64,000 bases of DNA. Source: Candidatus Limnocylindrus sp. Lineage in GTDB: Bacteria; Chloroflexota; Limnocylindria; Limnocylindrales; Limnocylindraceae. Below are positions 56,498-64,000 of this stretch, piece by piece; position 1 is the stretch's first letter, and the number at the start of each line of letters is the position of its first letter. A model generated the notes under the pieces. The model ran no database searches and was not told the origin of the DNA. It worked only from the letters and a program-made list of their open reading frames with translations. The DNA lies in NCBI GenBank assembly GCA_040397215.1, contig JBBAWK010000004.1; one strand, given 5' to 3'. Position numbers and translations under genes: made by a program.

Positions 56498-56740
56498 CTA
56501 CATCCCCGAGGGCTGATATCCCGCGTCAAGGAACGGAGCGGGGTCGTCCTGGAAGTCGAGGAGGCAGCCACGCCCACAAAAGTAGAAGCGCTCCTGCCCA
56601 GGGGCGCTCACGTCGAGTGCTCCGCGATGGCGGTCGGCCTGGCCGGCAACGGCGAGCCCCGCGACTTCAATTGAGGCGGTGAGGGCGTCAGGGGCGATCG
56701 TCACCTCCATGCCGCAGACCGGATCGATTGCCACGCTCAC
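56498..56740 (-). CDS. YHS-domain protein
   Basis: DPVCGM...FYFCGRGC...F..DP; GTGA overlap with ctaG. Confidence 0.78.
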   Translation of the reverse strand: MSVAIDPVCGMEVTIAPDALTASIEVAGLAVAGQADRHRGALDVSAPGQERFYFCGRGCLLDFQDDPAPFLDAGYQPSGM

Positions 56741-57681
56741 CCTTCACTCCTCTTCCGCTCCGCCAGGAGCACCTCTCGCCGACGGATCTCCGCGATTGCA
56801 GCCGCCGTCTGCGCCTCATCGTATCGCGATTCGGGGCGATCCTCTAACTTCGCCAGCGCGGCCAATACGACGAAGATCGCAAACAAGAAAAGCCCGTCGC
56901 CAACGAGCCACATGATCGCGCCGGCGAGCTGCTGATCCTCGAGTGGCGATGGCCCCCAGGCGCGCTGCAGCGTGACGTAGTGCGGATAGAGCGGCGTCGT
57001 TGACCACATGATCGCCACGCCGAGGAAGCTGTTCTGCGGCATCTGTGCAATGAGGTAGACCAGTGCGCCAGCGCCGCGCAGGGGGTGCCGGATCGGGTCA
57101 ACCGAGAAGATCGGCGCCCAGAAGAGGAGGGCGGTTCCTAAATAAAGTGAATGCTCCAAATCGTGAATAAGTGGCTCCTCAAGTGCCGCCTCAAACAGCA
57201 TGGAGAGGTGCGTCCCCCACATCACCGCAACCAAGAGCGTCCAGCCGACGAGCGGGTGGCTGATCACCCCAACGGCGCGGCTCTGCAAAATGGCGAGGAT
57301 CCGCACGCGCCATCGCGGCGAGGCGACCCGCAGGAGGAGTGTCATTGGCCCGGCCTGCAGCAGCAGGATCGGCACCGGGAAGAGCAGGATGAGGTGCTGA
57401 ACCATGTGCACCGAGAAGAGGGTGGTGTCGTAGCGCTCGATACCTGACTGCAGCGCGAGGAGAATAAGGACGAAGGCGGCGATCAGGCTGAGCGTGCGGC
57501 GACGTGGATACGGGTTCCCGGGATGTGCGCGTGCCACCTGGCGGATCGCACGGGCCCAAAGCAGACCAATCACGGCGATTGCGACCGTAACGACTGGTGG
57601 CCAGGCCCAATAGAGGAGCGCCCCGAGTGAGAGCTCAGGCGGAGTCGGCCCATGAGTCGGGACCAGCAACAGGTGCGTCAT
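56737..57681 (-). CDS. ctaG: Cytochrome c oxidase assembly protein (caa3 CtaG family)
   Basis: LFSVHMVQHL, HP...H, HDLEH, FW, EDQQLAGAIMW. Confidence 0.88.
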   Translation of the reverse strand: MTHLLLVPTHGPTPPELSLGALLYWAWPPVVTVAIAVIGLLWARAIRQVARAHPGNPYPRRRTLSLIAAFVLILLALQSGIERYDTTLFSVHMVQHLILLFPVPILLLQAGPMTLLLRVASPRWRVRILAILQSRAVGVISHPLVGWTLLVAVMWGTHLSMLFEAALEEPLIHDLEHSLYLGTALLFWAPIFSVDPIRHPLRGAGALVYLIAQMPQNSFLGVAIMWSTTPLYPHYVTLQRAWGPSPLEDQQLAGAIMWLVGDGLFLFAIFVVLAALAKLEDRPESRYDEAQTAAAIAEIRRREVLLAERKRSEG

Positions 57682-57775
57682 ACCCGCATCTTCGTCCAGT
57701 TCGTAGTTTTTTGGGCGGCGCTACAATCGCACAAGCATGTACGACCAGCCCACTTGGGCGTTAGGGGGGAGCACA

Positions 57776-57940
57776 ATGAACAGGTTCGCCTACGCATTTG
57801 GTCTCCTCTTCGTGCTCCTCGGCGCCGTCTACCTCTTCGTCTCCAACGACCTACAGGGCGCCGTGCTCCTATTCGCCCTCGGGATTGCCATGGCGACGAT
57901 GACGCTGATCCTGATCCACGCGATGAACACCGACGGATAA
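57776..57940 (+). CDS. Small two-TM protein resembling the N-half of actinobacterial-type oxidase subunit IV
   Basis: MNRFAYAFGLLFVLLGAVYLFVSNDLQGAVLLFALG...; SD GGGGGAG. Confidence 0.6.
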   Translation: MNRFAYAFGLLFVLLGAVYLFVSNDLQGAVLLFALGIAMATMTLILIHAMNTDG

Positions 57941-57955
57941 GGGAACCCCCTCGAC

Positions 57956-59041
57956 ATGGAGTTTCTCCGCTCCCTTCTTGAGTGGGTGATCTCACTTCTT
58001 GGGCCATTCGTCGCTCCTGACTGGGGCGCACTCATCAAGCTCATCCCGCTCGGCGTTCTTTTCCTTGTTGTTGCCTTCTACGGCTGGGTCTTCTGGCGCT
58101 TCCGTCGCGCAGGGCCGCGTCGTATCGGCATACCGATTCGTAAGCCGCAGGCGCCAGCGGGAGTTCACCTACCAGGGCCAAGCCTCGCGCCGTTCCTCAT
58201 CTCCGCAGCCTCTGCCGCACTCTTCTTCTCCGTCGCACTGGGCGGCCCAGCACTCGCCGGCGCTGGGATCCTCTTCGTCCTGGCACTCGTTGCCTGGGGC
58301 CGCGAAGCGGTTCGCGAGTACGACGCACTTGGCGCAGGCTCAGCGATGGCGCTGCGCGTTGACGAACTTCCAGTCACTGCGGCGCCGATCGGGCCACCAG
58401 AGGGTGTCCATCTGCCGCCGCCATCACTTCTACCACTCCTGGTGAGCGCCGGCGCTGCGGTAATGCTCTTCGGTGTTGCGATTGGACTCGAGTTTGCCCT
58501 CCTCGGTATGCTCATGACGGCGCTCGCGCTTGTCGGTTGGCTCCTTGACGCAGCTCGCGAATATCGTGCCACCGCCGAAGCCGACAGCACGGGGCATCTT
58601 GTTAATCCAACTCCGCAAAAGACACCGCGAGTTGCGATCGCCCTCTTCAGCTTTACCTTCCTCTTCTTCGCTGGCTCCCAGGTCGGCATCATCGGTGGGA
58701 GTGACGCAAGCCCTTCGCCGAGCGGCGAGCCCGTTGCCTGCGCCGAAGGCGGCACGGCGACTGTCACGATCTGCGCAAAGCTCGTCGCCTATGAGACAGC
58801 GACAATCACCGTGCCAGCTGGTGCGCCATTCACGATTCGCTTCGTCAACAAGGACGAGGGGATCCCGCACAACGTCGCGATCCACGAGGGCACCGGTGCT
58901 GGTCCAGAGGTCTACCAGGGCGAGATCTTCAACGGTTTTGATGAGCGCACCTACGACGTGCCCGCCCTCACCGCCGGCACGACGTATGTCTACGTTTGCA
59001 CGGTGCACCCCAACATGCTCGGGGCGATCGTCGTTCAGTGA
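57956..59041 (+). CDS. Membrane protein with two Cox-IV-like repeats fused to a type-1 cupredoxin domain
   Basis: GVHLPxPS..P...W..[ED]A.REY occurs twice; C-terminal PHNV...CTVHPNM. Confidence 0.82.
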   Translation: MEFLRSLLEWVISLLGPFVAPDWGALIKLIPLGVLFLVVAFYGWVFWRFRRAGPRRIGIPIRKPQAPAGVHLPGPSLAPFLISAASAALFFSVALGGPALAGAGILFVLALVAWGREAVREYDALGAGSAMALRVDELPVTAAPIGPPEGVHLPPPSLLPLLVSAGAAVMLFGVAIGLEFALLGMLMTALALVGWLLDAAREYRATAEADSTGHLVNPTPQKTPRVAIALFSFTFLFFAGSQVGIIGGSDASPSPSGEPVACAEGGTATVTICAKLVAYETATITVPAGAPFTIRFVNKDEGIPHNVAIHEGTGAGPEVYQGEIFNGFDERTYDVPALTAGTTYVYVCTVHPNMLGAIVVQ

Positions 59042-59559
59042 TCAGCCTGGCGCGCATCCGCCGCGCCGCTTTTGCCCTTCTCATTGCGAGCCTGATCGCC
59101 GGCTGCAGCGGCTCTGCTACCAGCAGCGACACGCTGCTTGGCCGTACCATGCGCATCGGTGAGGCACACCCCCTCAGCGACCCGACGACCACGATCACCG
59201 CTTGGCCAGACGTGGCGAGTGGTGACCAGCGCATCCTGCTGAACTTCTGGGCGAGCTGGTGCATCCCCTGCCGCGATGAGATTCCGCTCCTCTTCGACTA
59301 CACCGCAAGCTTCGCCCCTGGCGCCACGGTGCTCGGTGTTCTCTATAAGGATTCGATTGGGCCGGCAGCAGCCACTGCGGCAGAGCTCGGCGCAACCTGG
59401 GTAACGCTGATTGATGCCGATGGCGCCATTGCCGCGCAGGTGCCAGTGAGAGCCGCGCCCCTCACCCTGCTCCTTGACGCAAACGGGGTGGTACTCGACT
59501 ACCGCGTTGGGCCGTTCACCAGCGTCGCAGAGATTGCCGCCTTCGCCGACGGTCCATAG
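59038..59559 (+). CDS. TlpA/ResA-like thiol-disulfide oxidoreductase lipoprotein
   Basis: Lipobox IAGC; LLNFWASWCIPCRDE. Confidence 0.85.
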   Translation: MISLARIRRAAFALLIASLIAGCSGSATSSDTLLGRTMRIGEAHPLSDPTTTITAWPDVASGDQRILLNFWASWCIPCRDEIPLLFDYTASFAPGATVLGVLYKDSIGPAAATAAELGATWVTLIDADGAIAAQVPVRAAPLTLLLDANGVVLDYRVGPFTSVAEIAAFADGP

Positions 59560-59593
59560 GCGGGCGTGCCCCGATACGGGGTTGGTGTTGTGT

Positions 59594-59668
59594 TGGTTGC
59601 GGGGGATGGATTCGAACCACCGACCTTCGGGTTATGAGCCCGACGAGCTGCCACTGCTCCACCCCGCT
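59594..59668 (-). tRNA. tRNA-fMet (CAT), initiator
   Basis: Cloverleaf; anticodon arm TCGGG-CTCATAA-CCCGA (three G-C pairs); unpaired 1:72; encoded CCA. Confidence 0.95.
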
Positions 59669-59711
59669 CGCGAAGTATCGGCAGCGCGGGGCAAACCGTC
59701 AAATGCGCAGG

Positions 59712-60041
59712 TTATTCCCCATATTCAATCGGGAGCCCTGCAGCCTCCCAATCGGTAATGCCGCCCGCAAGGTTCGCAACGTTGGCGCGGCCGGCGGTGC
59801 GTAGCGCCAGCGCCGCCTGACCTGAGCGGCCCCCCGAGCGGCACTGCATGATCAGCGCCCGACCTGCGGGGATCTCGTCTTGCCGTGCCACAAACTGCGA
59901 GAGCGGAATCAGCAGTGCACCAGGGATGCGCATCTCGTTCCACTCCGACTCTTCACGAACATCGATCATCAACGGAGCGTCGGGTCCTTCGAGGAGTGCT
60001 GCCGCCTCTGCGGGGGCGAGCGTCAACGGGAGATCGCTCAC
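59712..60041 (-). CDS. Rhodanese-like domain protein
   Basis: IDVRE..EW...IPGA, CRSGGRS, NLAGGI..W. Confidence 0.9.
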   Translation of the reverse strand: MSDLPLTLAPAEAAALLEGPDAPLMIDVREESEWNEMRIPGALLIPLSQFVARQDEIPAGRALIMQCRSGGRSGQAALALRTAGRANVANLAGGITDWEAAGLPIEYGE

Positions 60042-60538
60042 TAGCGCTCGGATTCGGCGGATGCGGCGAGGCGGCGCAGGAACTCCGCGACCGGCAGGCG
60101 AGAACCGTATCCGTCGCCCATGTTGTGGGCGAAGAGCACCTCGTCACCATCCCCCTCCTCCCAGCAGAGCAGGAACGGATGGCCGAAGGCGATCGCTGGA
60201 AAGTCAACGAGGCCGCGATCAATATCGCGCAGCTCAACGCCGCGGCCGGTGACCCGATCGACGCTCGCCTGCATCTGATCTACCGCCGCCCGAATGCGCA
60301 TCTCAACCACGGAGCTACTCGCGAGTTTGTCGCGAAGGGCCGGGTCGAGATCGACCGGCTGCAGCTGATTCTGGTCGGCGCCACCAGGCAGGGCGCCCAT
60401 GCGCTCAAGGCGGCGGAGGCGCAGCAGGTCATCCTTCATGCGTTCAAGTTCGATGCGCTGGTCACGGAGGAGGCTGATGATCGGGCGCAGCCCGGCCAGC
60501 TCCTTTGTCGCCGCGTCAATCGTCCATGAGCGCCTCAT
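60041..60538 (-). CDS. DUF2203-like protein
   Basis: GVELRDIDRGLVDFPA...LCWEEGD...FAH...GYGSRLP. Confidence 0.8.
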   Translation of the reverse strand: MRRSWTIDAATKELAGLRPIISLLRDQRIELERMKDDLLRLRRLERMGALPGGADQNQLQPVDLDPALRDKLASSSVVEMRIRAAVDQMQASVDRVTGRGVELRDIDRGLVDFPAIAFGHPFLLCWEEGDGDEVLFAHNMGDGYGSRLPVAEFLRRLAASAESER

Positions 60539-60596
60539 GACCCTATTCTCCCACGCCCGGGGCTCGTAACGTGCGCCGCCGTGGGAGAATCTGCGC

Positions 60597-60671
60597 GGGC
60601 CGGTAGCTCAGCGGTAGAGCAGGGGTCTTTTAAACCCTTGGTCGCGGGTTCGAACCCCGCTCGGCTCACCA
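60597..60671 (+). tRNA. tRNA-Lys (TTT)
   Basis: Cloverleaf GGGCCGG...TCGGCTC; anticodon arm GGGGT-CTTTTAA-ACCCT; encoded CCA. Confidence 0.96.
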
Positions 60672-60687
60672 AACGTTTCGGGTCAGA

Positions 60688-61362
60688 TCAGCGGCTGCGC
60701 AGCTTCCCAACGCCGAAGAAGATCAGCGCGACCACGTACCCTTCCACAATAATCTTGACCATCTGAGTAAGTACAAATTCATAACCGTGCTCAGCCACGT
60801 TAAAGAACGGATATGGGTAGACCGAAGCGAGTGCGCCATGCACCAGGGTGTAGACCAGGTAGGCGATCGGAATGATAAAGACGCGGAACGTGTCGCCGAA
60901 TGGGAAGCGACCGCGTGGCCCAGCAATACCCCAGACAAGAATCGTGATGATCGGGGTCAAGTAGTGCTCAAAGAGATTTGAGACGGCGTATGGGCCCTGT
61001 GGGTGCGCCCCGCCCGCAAGGAGCAGGTGATAGAGCACCATCGACATGGTGATCATGAGGAGCCCGGTATTGCGCAACCAATCAAAGACGCGCCCAACCC
61101 GCTGTGGATTCCGGTAGAGCATCGTCAGGATGACTGCCACCAGTAGGTTGGACCAGGTGGTGAAGTAGCCGTGCGAGTCGAAGACGCGACCGATCGCACC
61201 GGCCAGACCATCGGCACTGCCGCCGAACGCGTGTGAGCCTGGGACGTAGCGCTCTTCTGGTGGCACGAGCTGAAGCACATTGGTGATCTCGGCCACGAGA
61301 TAACCAAACCATGCGAACAGGGCGTTGATACCAAAGAGGCGCTTTGCGGTTGCTGTATTCAT
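60688..61362 (-). CDS. Pr6Pr (FAR-17a/AIG1-like) membrane protein
   Basis: YFTTWSN, VLYHLLL, H..TP, YPYPFFN; SD AGGAGG. Confidence 0.8.
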   Translation of the reverse strand: MNTATAKRLFGINALFAWFGYLVAEITNVLQLVPPEERYVPGSHAFGGSADGLAGAIGRVFDSHGYFTTWSNLLVAVILTMLYRNPQRVGRVFDWLRNTGLLMITMSMVLYHLLLAGGAHPQGPYAVSNLFEHYLTPIITILVWGIAGPRGRFPFGDTFRVFIIPIAYLVYTLVHGALASVYPYPFFNVAEHGYEFVLTQMVKIIVEGYVVALIFFGVGKLRSR

Positions 61363-61425
61363 GTTTCCTCCTACTTCACACCCGGGCAGGTGTTTCGCGG
61401 AAGTATACGGCGGTGGCGGGCGCGG

Positions 61426-62955
61426 CTAGCGAGCGGATGCGCCCTTGCGGCCAAGCTTTGCACCGACCCACGCACGGAAGCGCTCACGCTGGCTATACGC
61501 CACGGCAGCCCCAAGCATGATCACGAAGTTGAGAGTCCAGGCGCCAGCGGCCGAGAGGAAGCCGATCTGCTGGCCGATCTCGCCCTGGAGTGCCAAGCCA
61601 GGAACGGTGAGACCGAAGAGGCCCGCGCGGAAGACCGGTGCCTTCGGTGAGGTCCCAGCGGTGAGTGCGCCCGCGCTGTACACGCCCGTAGCATCAGCAC
61701 CGCCAAGCAGCATTGCGTGTGCGCCGATCACGACACCGCTCGCGCCAACGCGCGCACCATCGGCTGGGAGGTTGCTCATTTCAACAGATGTCCAGGCGGT
61801 GATGCCCGTTGCGGCAACTGGTGCCGCCCAGAGGACACTAGAAGTTGCTGTGCCGCCTGTGGTGCCACCCGCAATGTAGAGGGTGCCGTTGGCACTCCAC
61901 ATCGCGGCGCCGTCACGTGGCGTTGGCAGGTTGCCGTCACCCTCCGTTGCGCGCCAGCGGAAGATCGTGCCGATCTCCGCGTCGCCTTGCGCCTCGGCGT
62001 CGGGGTTCACCACTGGGGCGCTGTGGCCAGTTGGGGCCGGAGGCGCAACGGCGATGTCGCCGCGGAGTGAACCAGCGGCAGGGCCGCTCGCATCTTTCCC
62101 GCCCCAGACATAGATCGAATCGCCAACAACCGCCGCCGCGGCAAAGCTACGCGGTGCTGAAAGTTCCATGAAGGTTGCCCAGGGCTCAAGTTCGCCACTG
62201 GCGCCGAGCTTCGCCTTCCAGACGGTTGTGGTTGGTGAGCCGTCAGTCCCCTCGCCACCAAGCACAACGATTCCGTCAGAGACAACGGTGACCGATGCGC
62301 CAGCGCGCGCAGCTGGCAGCTCGAGTGCGTCGAGGCGCACCCATGCTGTGATAAGCCCTGTGGTTGCGTCCGGTGTTCCCACGTAGACAGATGCGGTTGC
62401 AGTTGTGGTGTCTGATGCGCCGCCAATTACGTACGCCTTGCCCGCGAAGAAGGCGACGCCAGCATGTGCGCGAGCCTCTGGAAGTTGAGTGCCGGCGGAC
62501 CAGGCACTCAGCCCAGCAGCGTCAACCGTCGCAACAGAGACGGTGGTGCTGGCCACACGCGTCGCCGTGCCCGTCGTGCCACCGATGTAGTAAATGTGTG
62601 CGCCAGCCTGGAGGAGCGAACCATCCACGCCGTCCCCTGGCAGATCGGCCTCGGTGGCGCTCTTCCATGGGATCAGGGCGCCGGCGGGCGCTGGGCATGG
62701 GAGCCCCTCGTCCTCGGCTGGGCAAATATTCACCAGCGACGCGAGGTTCAGACCGAGTTCTACCGTCGGTGACACTGTCAGGTAGTAGGCGCGGTCGGGG
62801 ATGTAGCCGAGCATCAAGATGATCACGAGGGTCCAGAGCACGGAGCGCACACCGGCCCAGCCCCAACCGTTCGCATCGAGCAGGCCGAAGAGCACGCGGC
62901 GTGGCGGGACAGCACCTGGGCCGAGTGCTCGTGGATCGTTGCTGCCGCTCATCAC
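61426..62955 (-). CDS. Membrane-anchored Kelch-repeat protein
   Basis: N- and C-terminal TM segments; repeated xYxxGG...W...LPxxR Kelch units. Confidence 0.8.
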   Translation of the reverse strand: MMSGSNDPRALGPGAVPPRRVLFGLLDANGWGWAGVRSVLWTLVIILMLGYIPDRAYYLTVSPTVELGLNLASLVNICPAEDEGLPCPAPAGALIPWKSATEADLPGDGVDGSLLQAGAHIYYIGGTTGTATRVASTTVSVATVDAAGLSAWSAGTQLPEARAHAGVAFFAGKAYVIGGASDTTTATASVYVGTPDATTGLITAWVRLDALELPAARAGASVTVVSDGIVVLGGEGTDGSPTTTVWKAKLGASGELEPWATFMELSAPRSFAAAAVVGDSIYVWGGKDASGPAAGSLRGDIAVAPPAPTGHSAPVVNPDAEAQGDAEIGTIFRWRATEGDGNLPTPRDGAAMWSANGTLYIAGGTTGGTATSSVLWAAPVAATGITAWTSVEMSNLPADGARVGASGVVIGAHAMLLGGADATGVYSAGALTAGTSPKAPVFRAGLFGLTVPGLALQGEIGQQIGFLSAAGAWTLNFVIMLGAAVAYSQRERFRAWVGAKLGRKGASAR

Positions 62956-63959
62956 TTCACCGTCAACGTGCCGACCATGTTTGGGTGCACGGTGCAGACA
63001 AAGACGTACGTTCCAGCAGTGAGGGCTGGCACGCTGTAGGTGCGCGTGCCAATGCCAGGGAAAATCTCGCCCTTGAAGACCTCGGTCCCCATGGCGGTGC
63101 CCTGGTGGATGGCAACGTTGTGTGGGATGCCAGCATCTTGGTTATCGAACACGATGCTGAATGCCTTACCCGCCGCCACCGCCAGGGCCGAGAGGTCGTA
63201 CTTCACCCCCATCGCAACGATCGTGTAGCTACTGCCTGGGACCATTGATGGTGTTGGGGTCGCTGGCCCGGTCGGCGTTGGTGAGACCGCGAACGCATCA
63301 GACCAGCAGGCTGGTACGGGAGTAGCGTCGGCTGCGGGGGCGTAGGCCGCATCTCGCCATCCCGTGACTTCGACCATCTCGCCAGTAGCTGGATCACGCA
63401 CTTCGATGGTGTCGGTATTAGTTGCCCGGACCCACGCGATCAGCTCTTCAATCTCGCGGTAGTTCAGCGGGCCACCATTGGTGTTGGCCCACACACCCAT
63501 GAGCGAGTTGGCGTTACCACACACGTAGCGGCCGCCAACGGTGAGCACATTCATGAGGTACTGCGGCGTCAGGTGGGCGAGCAGCTTCCCCTGGTCGTTG
63601 AGGACTGGCCCAATCCCGCCCTGGCCCTGTGCGCCGTGGCAGCGGGCGCAGTTCGCTTCAAAGAGGTTGTAGCCGCGCTTGACCGTTTCAAGGTACTGCT
63701 CGCGCTTCGCCGTATCGAGTCGCGATGAGCCCGTGGCGCCGGGGAGGCCCTGGTCGTAGAAGGCATAGACGATGATGAAGAGGGTGACGATGCCGATTCC
63801 GAGGAGGGCTGCCATGCGCGAGGAGCCGCTCTGGTTGACGATCTTGGTGGCGCGCTCAGCGGTGAGGCCATGCGCTTGAATCTGGCTCGGGCTCGAAAGG
63901 CGTGGCACCGGCGTGCTCACCTTTTCGCTCGGCACTGGCAGCTGCTGCTCTTCGCTCAT
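62952..63959 (-). CDS. Membrane-anchored cytochrome c fused to a type-1 cupredoxin domain
   Basis: TM anchor, CARCH heme site, candidate axial Met (SLMGVW), Pro/Thr linker, PHNV...CTVHPNM. Confidence 0.88.
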   Translation of the reverse strand: MSEEQQLPVPSEKVSTPVPRLSSPSQIQAHGLTAERATKIVNQSGSSRMAALLGIGIVTLFIIVYAFYDQGLPGATGSSRLDTAKREQYLETVKRGYNLFEANCARCHGAQGQGGIGPVLNDQGKLLAHLTPQYLMNVLTVGGRYVCGNANSLMGVWANTNGGPLNYREIEELIAWVRATNTDTIEVRDPATGEMVEVTGWRDAAYAPAADATPVPACWSDAFAVSPTPTGPATPTPSMVPGSSYTIVAMGVKYDLSALAVAAGKAFSIVFDNQDAGIPHNVAIHQGTAMGTEVFKGEIFPGIGTRTYSVPALTAGTYVFVCTVHPNMVGTLTVK

Positions 63960-64000
63960 TTAGATGCACCCCGTAGCGGCGCGTGGCGCCTCGATCCCTG
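63960..64000 (-). CDS. 3' end of an upstream gene (truncated by window edge)
   Basis: GIEAPRAATGCI* with TAA directly abutting the next ATG. Confidence 0.3.
   Translation of the reverse strand, partial: GIEAPRAATGCI

Noticed and set aside
60672-61425. tRNA-Lys as an integration site for the Pr6Pr gene (tRNA-Gly and tRNA-fMet checked likewise)
   Set aside because: No duplicated tRNA 3' fragment was found nearby

Overview
A very compact, high-GC bacterial chromosome segment. Gene content and promoter style suggest a streamlined Chloroflexota-like organism; this is inference only. Core content: a heme A/heme O synthase fusion, a pyrR-led pyrimidine cluster, lipB, greA, a leader-peptide-attenuated ilvB-ilvN-ilvC-leuA-leuB-cimA-pheA operon, leuCD-ilvD, fabD-fabF-fabF, copA, korAB, ferredoxin, cytochrome oxidase assembly and cupredoxin genes, and three tRNAs (Gly-CCC, fMet-CAT, Lys-TTT). 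The most unusual part is the ~5.7 kb between the convergent fabF and copA genes, where no integrase is visible. There the 3' ends of both housekeeping genes are duplicated. Two RCC1/BLIP-II-repeat gene units lie in tandem, each starting with a fabF tail and bounded by the 7-mer GACCGCG, and the spare tail differs only by synonymous changes. An SDR plus inverted-topology photolyase unit lies between copA and a decaying copy of the copA tail. Other points of note: near-identical type-1 copper domains fused to a cytochrome c and to a Cox-IV-like membrane protein; a Leu/Ile/Val/Phe leader peptide controlling an operon that ends in pheA; PyrD and GalT homologs with altered catalytic motifs; and pervasive leaderless promoters. 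No CRISPR, rRNA, transposase or reverse transcriptase was recognised. All calls come from reading motifs by eye, with no database searches.
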